Assembly: GCA_030141605.1 (NCBI GenBank)
Contig: JAQGDQ010000119.1
Location: 367,005-431,004 of the forward strand
Source: Tubiluchus corallicola
Lineage: Eukaryota; Animalia; Priapulida
DNA length: 64,000 bases
Direction of reading: 5' to 3'
The notes under the pieces were generated by a model that was given only the letters and a program-made list of their open reading frames with translations, made no database searches and had not been told where the DNA came from. Shown here one piece after another: positions 39,601 through 50,611 of the stretch (the first letter of the stretch is position 1; each line of letters begins with the position of its first letter). The translations under genes and the position numbers were made by a program.

Positions 39601-42600
39601 CCTGTTTTTGTGCAATGCGTTTCCGAAATGGAGGCGCTAGTGCCTGTCTGACTAGTGAATGGTGAAATGCATGTAACAGCGAAGAACTAGTGACACAAAC
39701 GCAAAATTGTGTTTGTCTGGCAATAATTCTTTCACTTAAATCATTTTTGAAAAAAATAGTGTGTTTCTTTTCAATATTTTAAAGAGTAGATTGTTTTGAC
39801 CTACAGTTTAAGATTGGGTTCAGTTTTGCTTTAAGATTGGTGAATAGAAAGTTGTTTTCTGCTTTACCGTCTTGCCTGTTGCCATTTTAAGCTTGGCATT
39901 CCATTGGCATTTTCTTTCACAATCCCCTGGTGCTTCACAAGAATAATGTGTAAAGTCCGTGTGGTAAACTAAAGGTGCTACTAGCATGCAGCCACACTAG
40001 TGTATTTTTGATGAGCACGTACTGCCAAAAATCGAGTTTTTGACTTGCAAGTCCAAATAAAATGAAGTTTCAAGACTTTGAATTGAATTAAAATTTAATA
40101 TTAAAGATTTTTGAATAAATTGTGAATTGGTAATAAAGGCAGTCACACGAACTTGCTTTACGTTAAGAACTATCATAAATTTTTATTTATTCTGTGCCAG
40201 AATGGCTGGTAAACTGTGCTGATTCAAACATTTTAATAACGTTTCAAACATTTTAATGACAAGTTAATAATGGTGTTGGAAGTGTTGAATTATTCGAATC
40301 CATAATTTTAGGTTCAAATCAAATTTGAATTTAAAAAACTCGAATGCTCGATGTGCCCTCTCAGTTCACATAGAGTTTAGCCTATATTCAAAGAAATTAT
40401 TATATAGCCTGGATGACAAAAAGATCAAGGTCCAATTCAGAAATTCTACGTTAATAAGGAGTAAAATAGTCGATTTTTCCAGATATATAGCGATGATCCT
40501 CATTATAAGGCCAATCTTGCTTATTGCCCACATTTTTAGCAAAATAAAATATCTATATTTGCATAGACTATAGGTTCTTTTCCCAAGTAGACATTGTTTG
40601 GAGACATCATTCCGCGTGCCACACAAACACACATTATGTGATAAAAAGAACTACAATTTGTCAAGGCAACATACACAACTTACACAGTGCGACACATATA
40701 ATGATGTCACTAGGTCTGTGACGATACACCTAAGTCAAGATACGATACATATCACGATACTAACCTCACGATACTATAAGTATCACGATACACGTTTGCA
40801 GGCTTTAATAAAAAAAACTAGATTAAGCTGTTTGTGCTGCCCTCACTGCACTGATTGTTACACTACAGCTGTAGCTTGAATTATTTCACACTGTTTTTAT
40901 CAGCTGACAGTTTAGCTTGTGCTTCACATTATTGCGATACTGGTGCATTTTGATGATACACGTATCGTTACAAAAGTATCACGATGAATCAATGTATCGT
41001 CACAGGCCTAGACATCACAAGGAGGAATCTGACCAGGATTCAGGTTTCACCCACTTTTTCTTTACCCTCAAACTCTTTAAATAACGATCTGTATTTTACA
41101 GAATTCGTGAAAAGAAGCAGTTGATGAAGATGGAAGCACGGGAGAAAAACAAGAAGATCAAGCTGCCAAGAACAGCAAATCAAGCCAAGAAGAGGGAACG
41201 AAGCTCTTCCCGTTTGCAGCGAGAAATGAACGAACTCGGGGTGGATGTGGAAGGAGGGGCTGTAAGTGAAGTAGTAACACTTAGTTTGTTATTCATTTTA
41301 AACACATTATTTGTTATTATTCACTTCACCCTTATGTATTATAAACAAATGAAAGAAAACGTGACTTTTAAAACAAGATTGTATTGGAATTAAATTTTAA
41401 TGTCAATAAATGGCAGCATTTGTACCCAAATATAAATCAAAATTATTTTATTTTATTTCGATGATTTTCATGTTCAAATTTATGTTGAATCACCTTATTC
41501 ATTATCAAAACATTGTGAATATGAATAAAATGCTTTTCAAAGTCTTCAGAAAATTTTCCACGAACACAAAAAAGCCACCTTTTATGTTTGATAATAGAAA
41601 TCTAACTCATATTGCAACTTTGTCTGCACCCATATGTACATTGGTACCCTGACTACATTTTAGCTTTGAAAATGACTGATAATAAACTCATTTGAATTAA
41701 TGTTGCGGAATTAATGATTGTCATTGTCCATAATAATACATTAAGTGAAAATGTTGATTGTTCAATTCTGCTTCAGGCTCATTTTAGAGAAGCTAGAGCA
41801 AGATCTAACTCCCGACCTGTTAAGAAGCAGAGAGTTGATGAATCTGGTCATGTGCGAAGCAGCTCACGCAAACCACGTGACAAGTCGGGAATCCGCCCGG
41901 AGGTACGTATATGTCGATGTGGAATTGTCTTGCTGTTTAATAGTCTTACTGTTCAAAATTCATTATAGTGACTTTTACGAATTTACATGTTTTATAAAAT
42001 TGTTATGACTTGTAAAGGTGACGCAAAATGAGAATAAAATGTTTACATGACTTAATTGACAAAATTAGAGTTGTTTTAACCATACTTACCTTGCATTGCA
42101 TGGCAAGTTAGTTCAAATCTCTTTTTGAGATATGTATGTTAGTCTCACTTATGCATGGATGTTTGTGTACAGTATACATTTGATGGGTATATAAAAACAT
42201 AAAATGGGCAGACATGTAGTATTGTAGTTTCCCTCTGTTTTATATCAACTTCCACTGTCAAACCTGATGCAAATAATGGCACAGGTACAAATGATGCATA
42301 CTACTCCGATCATCTGACTTTATTATTCTTCCTGAGGTGAGACTACAGTTTTTATATGGTAGCCAATGACTGGGAATGGGTTGTGTAAATTCAAAAACCA
42401 ATTATCTCTCGAAAAATACAAGAAGTCAAGTAACCAAACATGGGTGACTTAAAATACTAGATGGGGATAGCATTAGTTGAATAGCCGGTGTCCTTGAAGG
42501 TCATTTGTCAATAAGAGCAGCGAGTCGTGTAATTGTGCAGCCAGAAGAGCGTCAGTATGAACGACTAGATCTTGTGCCGTCCAAGATGGCCTTGCTTTTG

Positions 42601-42814
42601 TATTTCAATAGCTATATATGCAGTTTGATGGTTAAATTTGCATACCATCTTATTGTTACAGATGCAAGAAATGGTTAAAAAGCTGAGCAGAGTGAGCCAA
42701 AGAAAACGCAACAGATTTGGCAAAGCAAGTGAGTCTGACAGGAAAATTCCATCAAAAATGCCGAAGCACTTGTTTTCCGGAAAAAGAGGCAAGGGCAAGG
42801 CAAGTCGGCGATGA
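27602..42814 (+). CDS. GTPBP4: Nucleolar GTP-binding protein 1 (NOG1), 17 coding exons, 635 aa
   Basis: Exons 27602-27649, 28389-28559, 29425-29528, 30003-30086, 31670-31823, 32616-32708, 33672-33821, 34093-34200, 34561-34650, 36125-36235, 37610-37699, 37833-37884, 38376-38476, 38943-39055, 41102-41261, 41777-41902, 42662-42814. All GT-AG and phase-consistent (1908 nt). Motifs [46 protein letters not shown] at ~42863. An acceptor at ~27592 implies an upstream non-coding exon. Confidence 0.97.
28720..29295 (+). repeat. Diverged ~21-bp minisatellite in GTPBP4 intron 2
   Basis: Recurrent CAAGTTTAGATAGTTATCT-like units, more than 20 copies. Confidence 0.85.
29583..29700 (+). mobile_element. tRNA-derived SINE head in GTPBP4 intron 3
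   Basis: A-box-like TGACTCAAATGG, CTGTAA loop and B-box-like GGTTTGAATCC; acceptor stem is not intact. Confidence 0.6.
30626..30680 (+). repeat. (CTA)n/(CTG)n compound microsatellite
   Basis: TACTACTACTGCTGCTGC...TACTAC. Confidence 0.9.
33203..33508 (+). mobile_element. Dispersed ~300-bp repeat family, copy 1
   Basis: Shares AGGTCAAAGGTTAA...TTTACTAGCAGGATCTTGCTTGGGAACAAGAAAAA...CTAGCTGTTAAAACTGTTACTATTAC with 61788-62135. Confidence 0.85.
34720..35020 (-). mobile_element. Dispersed ~300-bp repeat family, copy 2 (inverted)
   Basis: AACAGTTTTAACAGCTAG, TTGTTCCCAAGCAATATCCTG and TTAACCTTTGACCT are reverse complements of copy-1 motifs. Confidence 0.8.
36786..36853 (+). ncRNA. Box C/D snoRNA in GTPBP4 intron 10, SNORD69-like guide
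   Basis: Terminal stem GAGGCA/TGCCTC, C box ATGATGT (36793), D' CTTA (36815), C' ATGATGA (36826), D CTGA (36844). Guide CAATCCAAC is complementary to the conserved 28S GUUGGAUUG. Confidence 0.75.
40711..41010. mobile_element. 300-bp hAT MITE in GTPBP4 intron 14
   Basis: TIRs TAGGTCTGTGACGATAC / GTATCGTCACAGGCCTA, degenerate 8-bp TSD GATGTCAC/GACATCAC, subterminal CGATAC repeats. Confidence 0.85.
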
Positions 42815-42954
42815 TGAAAGAACATGATGTTGTACCCGAGAAATTCTTACAATGTTTGTTTTAATAAAACAGTTCAAGAGAGTCTTGCTTGTGATATTTT
42901 GTGTTATTTGTTGTATCATTTATCGTGCTTTGTTTCTGTTGACAAGTGCATTTG

Positions 42955-43157
42955 CAGGCAAACCTCATTACGACACCCCTATTTATAACGCCAACCTCAC
43001 TTAACACCCGAATTTTTAACAAAACAAATCACCTATATTCGCATGTTCGACATGTGTGTGTTAATGCACTTCACTATAATACAAATAACCAGTTTCACTT
43101 AATGCAAAGTTTTTTTTGCAGACAAAAGTAGTGCCGGTACAAAGAAGTTTGGCTGTG
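42955..43157. mobile_element. pogo/Tigger-like MITE (family also at 53706-53879, 55830-55931, 57181-57354)
   Basis: CAG(T/G)CAAACCTC...GAGGTTTGACTG-type ends and a shared internal AAAACAAA/ATATAG segment. Confidence 0.65.
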
Positions 43158-43622
43158 TAAACCGTTTCCTCAAAAATTGTACTTGGTAAAAAATATGTAA
43201 ATGTGTATGACAATGCTATTCATTTATAATCTTAATTTATTGAGTAATATCAGCTAATATTCCAATCAACTCACATAATTAAATTTTTGATACCAAGCTT
43301 AACAGAAAAAAATGAAATCGCTCACGTAATTGAATGTCAGAACCACACGAAACTGTCACAAAAGTCTTATTTTACATTCTTTTACAAAAAAATTGACTTG
43401 TGTAAGTCACTTGATAATAAGAACCAAAATTTATGTGCAAACAAATGTCAAATCTTAGACTTAAAAGAATCTGCGATGAATGCACATCATGTAGCGTCAT
43501 ACTAATACTCAATTTTTCACAGCATTAAGTACTAAATTAACAGCTACTGATCCTCGCAACTGGAACTATGACACTTATACTAATTTGATATCAAATCATT
43601 TCATCCCTGTATTGTGCGTTCA

Positions 43623-43832
43623 GGGTTCAGACTAGAGAGTTCTCTCGCAACTTATTGTGCAGTAAACTCACAAATGTGGAACAGCTTGGCGACTTCTCTC
43701 TGAGTGCGCCAACTTGCACATGAGCGATTCTCGCTGAGTTTACAACAAGTTGACAAGCCGTTCAAACTTGCGAGTTTACTCTGACAGAGAATTTGCACAA
43801 TGAGTTGCAAGAGAACTGTCTAGTTTGAACAC
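43623..43832. mobile_element. Foldback (palindromic) MITE between the GTPBP4 and MRPS15 3' ends
   Basis: GTTCAGACTAGAGAGTTCTCTCGCAACTTATTGTGCA pairs with TGCACAATGAGTTGCAAGAGAACTGTCTAGTTTGAAC; the inner arms are also complementary. Confidence 0.8.
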
Positions 43833-44225
43833 GCCATTATACTGATAAATTTTAATGTGTTCATCACACTAATGACTGCTGGCATAGAAGCAAAAATTAT
43901 GCACGTTATAAAATTACAAACGCACAGTGCTGGAACATGCCAATGGTGGTTTCGTTTGCAAAAGACGCACATGTTGTGATGTGTTACGACATTTGCTGAG
44001 GCTAGCCCACATGTAAATCTTGACAAGTTTTTACTCGTTTTCATCTTTTTTACTAGAATCTGTTTAAAACAACAAGAATAACTGTCATGGCTAAAGACTC
44101 CAACAGGGATCAGAGCCAATGCTAAATAACATGTAAAATACGACTCACTCACACAAAACAACAACTGAGAATAGATCTAAGAATGTGCATCTAAAATGTT
44201 CAAGAATTTATTCAATTACTCTAAC

Positions 44226-45074
44226 TCAGGATATAAGCTCATCTGGCAGATGTTTATATTCAGTCTCTTCCGTGGTGATATTAAACTGTCTTTCATCTTC
44301 TTCAATTTCTTGTAACAAGACGGATTTTTCGCTCTGAAAGTGTTCACGATCCCTCTCCAGCTTTCGTCTGAAATCCTCCATTTTCTGCTTTAGCATGTCA
44401 GTCGCTTTTTGTTCAGCTTCTTCGCGTAACAGCTGCTTCCTTGTCGTTCTTCGGAATAATTCCCATTTAGTTTGATACTTAATGTTCAACTGATCTAGCA
44501 CCCAGTGGAATAATTTATAGTCCCAGCTTCTCAGATACTTCAACATTTTGCGTCTGCGATCGATGAGCTCGTTTAGCTGACACTTGTGCACGTTGTCCGT
44601 GCGGTTAAGCCTCATGTGCTCTTGCAGTTGCCGAATATCAACTGTCAAATGAGCTATATAACATTCCAACGAACTTGTGTCATCTGGATGGCGCTGAACT
44701 GCAGAAATCAGCCTCTTTCTCTCATCATTCCAGATTTCTTTCTTTCTGCCATACTGAATGCTTAATAATTGTTTAACAATAGGGTCAGCCATTTCTAATT
44801 TAGTGCTACTTCGCACTGCTACTATAGATTTTGTTTTATCCACATGGTCAATAATTGAAGCTTTATCAGGGACAGGGTCACCTGATAGCCAAATACTTTC
44901 CGGCCGATCTGGTGCCTGCTTTGTATATCGTCGTAATACTGTATTAGCAAGAGGTACAAATCGACAGTCAACATGCTTTTCAAAAATTGATGATTGTACG
45001 GTGAAGGCCGCTGTAACTCGAAACCGATTCATCAGAATCCTACAATTTGAAGTTACTCCGCTAAATGAAGACAT
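44226..45074 (-). CDS. MRPS15: Mitochondrial ribosomal protein uS15m, intronless CDS (~282 aa from the first ATG)
   Basis: S15 motif VQRHPDDTSSLECYIAHLTVDIRQLQEHM...LIDRRRKMLKYLRSWDYKLFHWVLDQLNI and an Arg/Ser-rich presequence. The track start at 45116 is GTG. Confidence 0.92.
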   Translation of the reverse strand: MSSFSGVTSNCRILMNRFRVTAAFTVQSSIFEKHVDCRFVPLANTVLRRYTKQAPDRPESIWLSGDPVPDKASIIDHVDKTKSIVAVRSSTKLEMADPIVKQLLSIQYGRKKEIWNDERKRLISAVQRHPDDTSSLECYIAHLTVDIRQLQEHMRLNRTDNVHKCQLNELIDRRRKMLKYLRSWDYKLFHWVLDQLNIKYQTKWELFRRTTRKQLLREEAEQKATDMLKQKMEDFRRKLERDREHFQSEKSVLLQEIEEDERQFNITTEETEYKHLPDELIS

Positions 45075-45415
45075 TTTTACAAAGTCAACTACGTTTGCTT
45101 CTACTAGCTTTAACACTCAGTCTTTTCAATAAGGATCGTCCTGCATGGGTCTACTAGTTACTAAATCAGTTAGTAGATTCGAAGCTCACAGCACGTAAAT
45201 TCAATGCAACACTAAATGTGACGTAAAAAGGTGCACTAAAACATTACACAACCACGATTGTAACTATATGTCCGGGAGATTCAATAATGCTTACTTGTTT
45301 TGCGCGCACAAGCTGCATTATAGGCTATAGGGCACGCACGTAGTTTATTTTACCATAACCAAAGTCACACAATGTAGTATCCGCTCCGGTCTAGTCATAC
45401 CCGATCACTTGCTTG

Positions 45416-46325
45416 TGTAGGGAGCCGAGTGGACCACTGAGCCAAGTAGACCACTTCCGGTAAAACCGATGCGCTAAAAGTAGTGTCCTACATGGGCAGC
45501 CCAAGTAGGACACTAGCGATTTTTGTCGAGAAACTTGCTCTGGCAAAACTTGTTTCCAGTTTATATTACCATTGTTTATAAGTATTGTTATGACATAATA
45601 AAGCATAAAACAAAATTTCTTTTAGAAATGGATATTCCTTGGCAATTTACAAATGCATTTCTTACAATAATTTCATCATTATGATTAACTCCATTAATAT
45701 ATGATAACATTAAACCTTGTATCTAATGCTTTAAAGAGAGAAATTCTGCACACAGTTATTACAGAAATAATTGCAAATTTAAAAATGAGACAGATGCTGC
45801 TAAGCCTTCACAACACCAAAAAGTAATTTTTAACATTTAAGAAAAGCAAGGATAATTAGTTTTAATATTATCAGTAGTATTGTAACATGTAGGGCACTGT
45901 CCTACATGGCTCGCTAGCCCATGTAGGACACATAGATCGCTAGAACGTTTACTTATAAGAAAACAATTATTTGCCCAAGAGGTAGTGAAACGGATCACCT
46001 GTTTGTGAAGTGAGACAAAATCAAAAATGATATACCTTAAACAAATGTTGAATTCGCAAAAAAGTGGTTTTTTTCACTTGAACAACATTAATATCGAAAC
46101 CAAATTTAATATTGTCTGTTCTACCAGCTCAGAATAAAATTCTTTTATTTTATTAGATGTATAATAAATTATTCAACGTGTACTAACGTTTTTAATTATT
46201 ATTATTACATAAACAAGCACAACGGACGGTGTCAGTACACTTGACGACTCAATTCGCGACCTGGCTCTAGTGTCCAAGTAGACCAATTGGTTTACTTGGC
46301 TCAGTGGTCCACTCGGCTCCCAACA
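45416..46325. mobile_element. Non-autonomous TIR element with TGT...ACA ends (Ginger-like)
   Basis: ~33-bp TIRs TGTAGGGAGCCGAGTGGACCACTGAGCCAAGTA / TACTTGGCTCAGTGGTCCACTCGGCTCCCAACA and a perfect 5-bp TSD GCTTG. Confidence 0.85.
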
Positions 46326-48297
46326 GCTTGATTTAATTCTAAATAGTAAGTAACCAATGTAAAGTAAATAGCTGATCCAAAAATTGCAAAAAAATCCGCA
46401 AATAACAACTAAATATAGCTGCGCATTCCCAGACCACAGAGCGTTACCCAAAATTTCAGGCACTTAGCCGCAGTAAACAAAATACGAATGAAAAAAGGAT
46501 CATTTCAGAAAAAATTGAAATAAACGTGTAGAATTTGGGGTAATATGTCACTTCATAATTCTAACAAAATGCCGGGTATTACACTCCAAACATTTTATGT
46601 GTTGCATAATTTCCATCCTAAAAATATTCTAAACTTCAAAAATCAAAGTTCATGAGTTCATGTTAATAACTGTCGCCACTTACTTTACAAATACTACGTG
46701 TTTCTCTTTAGTGCTAAAATTTAAATTTTTTAACAAAGAGTCATAATCATTACTAGTTAGCATTTAACAAGCTAAACAAAGTTGTCGATATCTGGCTAAC
46801 TCAACAACTATCCACCAGCCACCAAGTCTGATCTAATTGTTAGTTTTGGTGACCCAACTGTTCAACTATTTTAAGCAACCAGAGTAACAAAATTTATGAA
46901 GTTATACACCAATAGAAAGCTTGTGCAATTCTCCGCTTAGCCAGTATAATTTTTTATCAGTTGTTTCTAATCAAGGAGCTACCTTGTTGGTGGCTTTTAG
47001 TAGTGACGCCTTCACGAATAGTCAAAATCTGCTTAGCTTAGTAAATTAGAATCTGACATTGATTACAGGTCGATGAATTGGTTGCCAAAAGACAGCTTTA
47101 AAATATATGTATGTTGATGTCTAAAAAACTGTTATTTAATTTCACTACACTGCAACATTAGACAACTTTTCAAACTAAACTTCTCAAAATTAACAGTGGT
47201 GGCACATAGATAACTGCAGTGATTATCAAACTACTATATTGTATCATTTTTGTTGGACAGTAGTTAGTTGCAAAATGCACCCCTGTCCCGTCCACTATAA
47301 GTACATTAAACATCCGCCTGTAAAACAGTTCATTTTAACTTTACTAGCTTAAAACTTTCCAGAGATGAATAATCCTCGTCTGCTTTTCATGAGATCAAAT
47401 ACTCAAAGATGGTATTCAAAACTAGACATGTGTAATTTAAAGGAGGTACTTAAAAATAATTTTGGCTAAAGTAACATCCTGTGTAAATTAGACTTAGCAA
47501 CAGCATCATTGTTTGCTTTTATGAGTGCCAGATGCCCTCAAGCCTAACTTTTCTACAAACTGTATTGTAGGCATTGAGGAATCAATGCTTATTAGAGTAT
47601 TCCACCACTTCTATCAGCAGATAGTAGCGTAAGTTCTTCTACTCCTAAAGATAGATTTGGTTGAAGTTGTTGAACATCTTTACTTATCTTGGCTATCTGA
47701 GTTGTTTTTGGTTTGCTAAGTGGTTTCTTGCAAGGTTTTATGGCCTCGTTTTAGATGATTACTGCTGCATCAATTGGTCTACAATTGAAGGTTTCAACTT
47801 TTGGATTCTCCTTAGGCCACCCCATTATTGCAGACAGAGTGAAAAGTACCATAGCTAATAATGTGAACCATGAGTCACATAAACTGGTTGCCATGGCTAC
47901 TGTTACCTTAACAATGGCACTATCAACAAGGTTAGATTTTGAAAATAGTTTGAGAAAATCTTGGCTTTTATCAATATATTAACTAGCAGTGTATCTTAAC
48001 ATGCAGTAGAAGCAGCGGTTACTATGAAGACAATGTGACGATTGTTTACCTTAGCAACACTATAATAACAACTGTGGTAAATATCGTAAATGCACTTTGC
48101 CTGTGCCGGTTACTGTATTATTGATAGTGTGAGGCTAGTAATAAACTGCACAGTGATATATCGACAGAGCGGCAATTGAATTGAATTTTTAAAACTTACC
48201 CAATTCCCATAAACTGTTTGCAGTAGTTGGAAAATAAACCTGCTAAAAATTTCTCCAGATTCCACTCAACTTCAACTCGCGTTCTGTTTGCAACACC

Positions 48298-48311
48298 GTT
48301 GCTATGGCAAT
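48298..48311. promoter_or_regulatory. RFX X-box GTTGCTATGGCAAT, probable CCDC96 promoter
   Basis: Matches the GTTRCYATRGYAAC type. Further X-box-like sites at 47887-47900 and ~48044-48058. Donor AG|GTAAAG at 48458 and acceptor at 50595, just before the CCDC96 ATG. Confidence 0.55.
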
Positions 48312-49029
48312 ATGCTAACGCCGAAAGTTAACTCAATTTAGTATTCACAGTTTTTAAATTACCAAGTTTTAAGCCTTCGAAATTTTAGTCAGGGAGTAGT
48401 ACTAGAAGAGCTGAGACAAGCATATTTACCCTGAGCAGCGATTCATTTTCTGCTTTAGGTAAAGTATCGTAATTGATACAATCACTAGTGACCTAGGAAG
48501 CAAGCTAGGTGCAATAGTTAAATTTTGTTAACAAGCTTTGTCGAAAAAACAAATCACTATTCTTAATATTTACGTTACTGTTTTGTTTAAGTGCTGATAA
48601 ACTATAGTATTTACTAGAGCTTTGCATCAAGTATAAATCAGGATTGTGTTCATCCCGAACAGATGGTGCAGTTAGGGGAGATAGATTAGTAAGAGTGCAG
48701 TCAGTTTCACGCATAGTAGAGTGAAGGAAGTCTAGCAGTTCATCGTTGTCTGTACTCTGTCATGAAAATGTGTCATTTAAACAAGATAAACAGTAATATG
48801 GATCATCACTCTTGGATAACTTAAATTTGTTCATTGTTAAAGCTGTACACCTCATGATGTGACACCACATGAGACATATTTCACAAAATAGAGCCCGCTG
48901 ATTGGATTTACATTTGATTGGTGCATGGCCAGTGGAACAAAGAATGCACTACAGAAAATTAATGTTACATCATAATTTAGTTAATTCAGAGGAAAAGAGA
49001 GAACTTAATTAGAAAGGTCATAATGGTAA

Positions 49030-49570
49030 TGTGGGAGAAACAGATTTGTATGAGTTGGACAGAAGAAATCAAAGAGATAGGTGAAAAGTACAGCATTTTA
49101 GTTGAGTGTGAGGAAGTAAAAGGAATTAAAAAATCAGTGTGGAAGAAGTTAGTGAAAAATTAAATACGTGAATGTATTAAACAAAGAGTGCAATAACAGA
49201 TGCAAACAAAAACAAAACTTAGATTTTTGAGTTATGAAGATGGGAGAGTCAAAAAGTATGCGAATGTAATGAAGTTAGAAGAATTGAGAGAAGTATTTGA
49301 AGTGAAAATGAATATGGTGATGATTAAATGTAACTACAAAAGTGCTTTCAAACAAGATTTGAAATGTCCACTGTGCAGAAAGAGAAGATAATATACTGCA
49401 GAGCACTTATTGGAATGTAAGTAATGAAGAAAACATTATCTAACAATAAAATTTTAAATGGAGAGGTCATTAAATCTGAAGAAGCTGATGATTACGAGAA
49501 GTAATTTATTATATAAACGAAGCAATGGAGTTGAGAAAAAGAAGGGGTTTTGAGCTCAAGCTGAATAAAG
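49030..49570 (+). mobile_element. Degenerate LINE 3' remnant
   Basis: Purine-rich broken ORF with KCPLCRK...TAEHLLEC zinc knuckle. Confidence 0.6.
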
Positions 49571-50611
49571 GTGATTAAACAAGCAGTTTAAAAGAAATTT
49601 GTGATTAATGCCTTGCACATTTTGTCTGTATTTAAAGGAGTTAATAGTGCCTGTTAATTTTTAATTCTACAGAATGGCAAAGACCACGAAGTACAATTAA
49701 GTCTCAGAATTTGAAACTTTTCGGTTCTTTGTCAACGCTTGCTTCCGGAACAACTGAACATTAATTGTGATATAGTTACCATCAAAAGCCAGGGGTGGAA
49801 CATAAAGAGCTAAAATAAGAGAATTTTGAACATAAAGCAAATATATTATTGTACATTTAACACCGATCTCTACAGAATGTATGAAAACATAAATAATAAA
49901 CTGTACAATTATCTGACAAGAAATACCACATTACAAGGATTATTACAATATAAAAAAGAGCAACAGGTTTTAAAAGGTGACAAAATGGACACATTATTAA
50001 TGTTTTATTGTGAACAAAATATCGTTGTAGTTAAGCATAAATAGCTTAAACCTCTCTTTCTTGTGACAGTCTTTTTTGGCAATCCTATCAGTTTCGTTTA
50101 ATAGAACCACTTATTACGTACATATTGAAAAAATTTTAAAATTTAAAAAAAACAAGTGTGGAGATACAGCGCTTAAAAAGTGAGAATACTTGTGTAAAGC
50201 ACCCCGGATATGCGGAGAAAGGAAGAAAGAATAAAAACATTGAAAGTACAGTCTAGGAGATATGTAAAGATAGACAGAGAAATACAGAGTTAAAAACAGT
50301 ATTATGATGGAAGATTTTAGATTTAATTGTGCATTTAAGTAAGTAATCAGAGAAAAGTGAGTTTAAAATTGCTACAAACGTGACTAGAGAGTATACTAAT
50401 AAGCAAGCACAATTAGTTATGTTTTTGTTGACATATCGTTTGAATTTTTATTTTGAAGATAAAATGTGTTTGAAAATTTAATCTTGTTAGTTATGGTCTA
50501 CCATAATCTTGGTCCAGTATTGTCTATGAAGTGCTTTGCCACATCAAATCTGCAAGAATTAATTATAATTCCAGTTGTTAGAATTTTTGTTTCAGATGTT
50601 CATATTAAAAT

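Noticed and set aside
42285-42340. C/D snoRNA candidate (ATGATGC...CTGA...CTGA)
   Set aside because: No terminal stem, no C' box and no recognisable rRNA complement.
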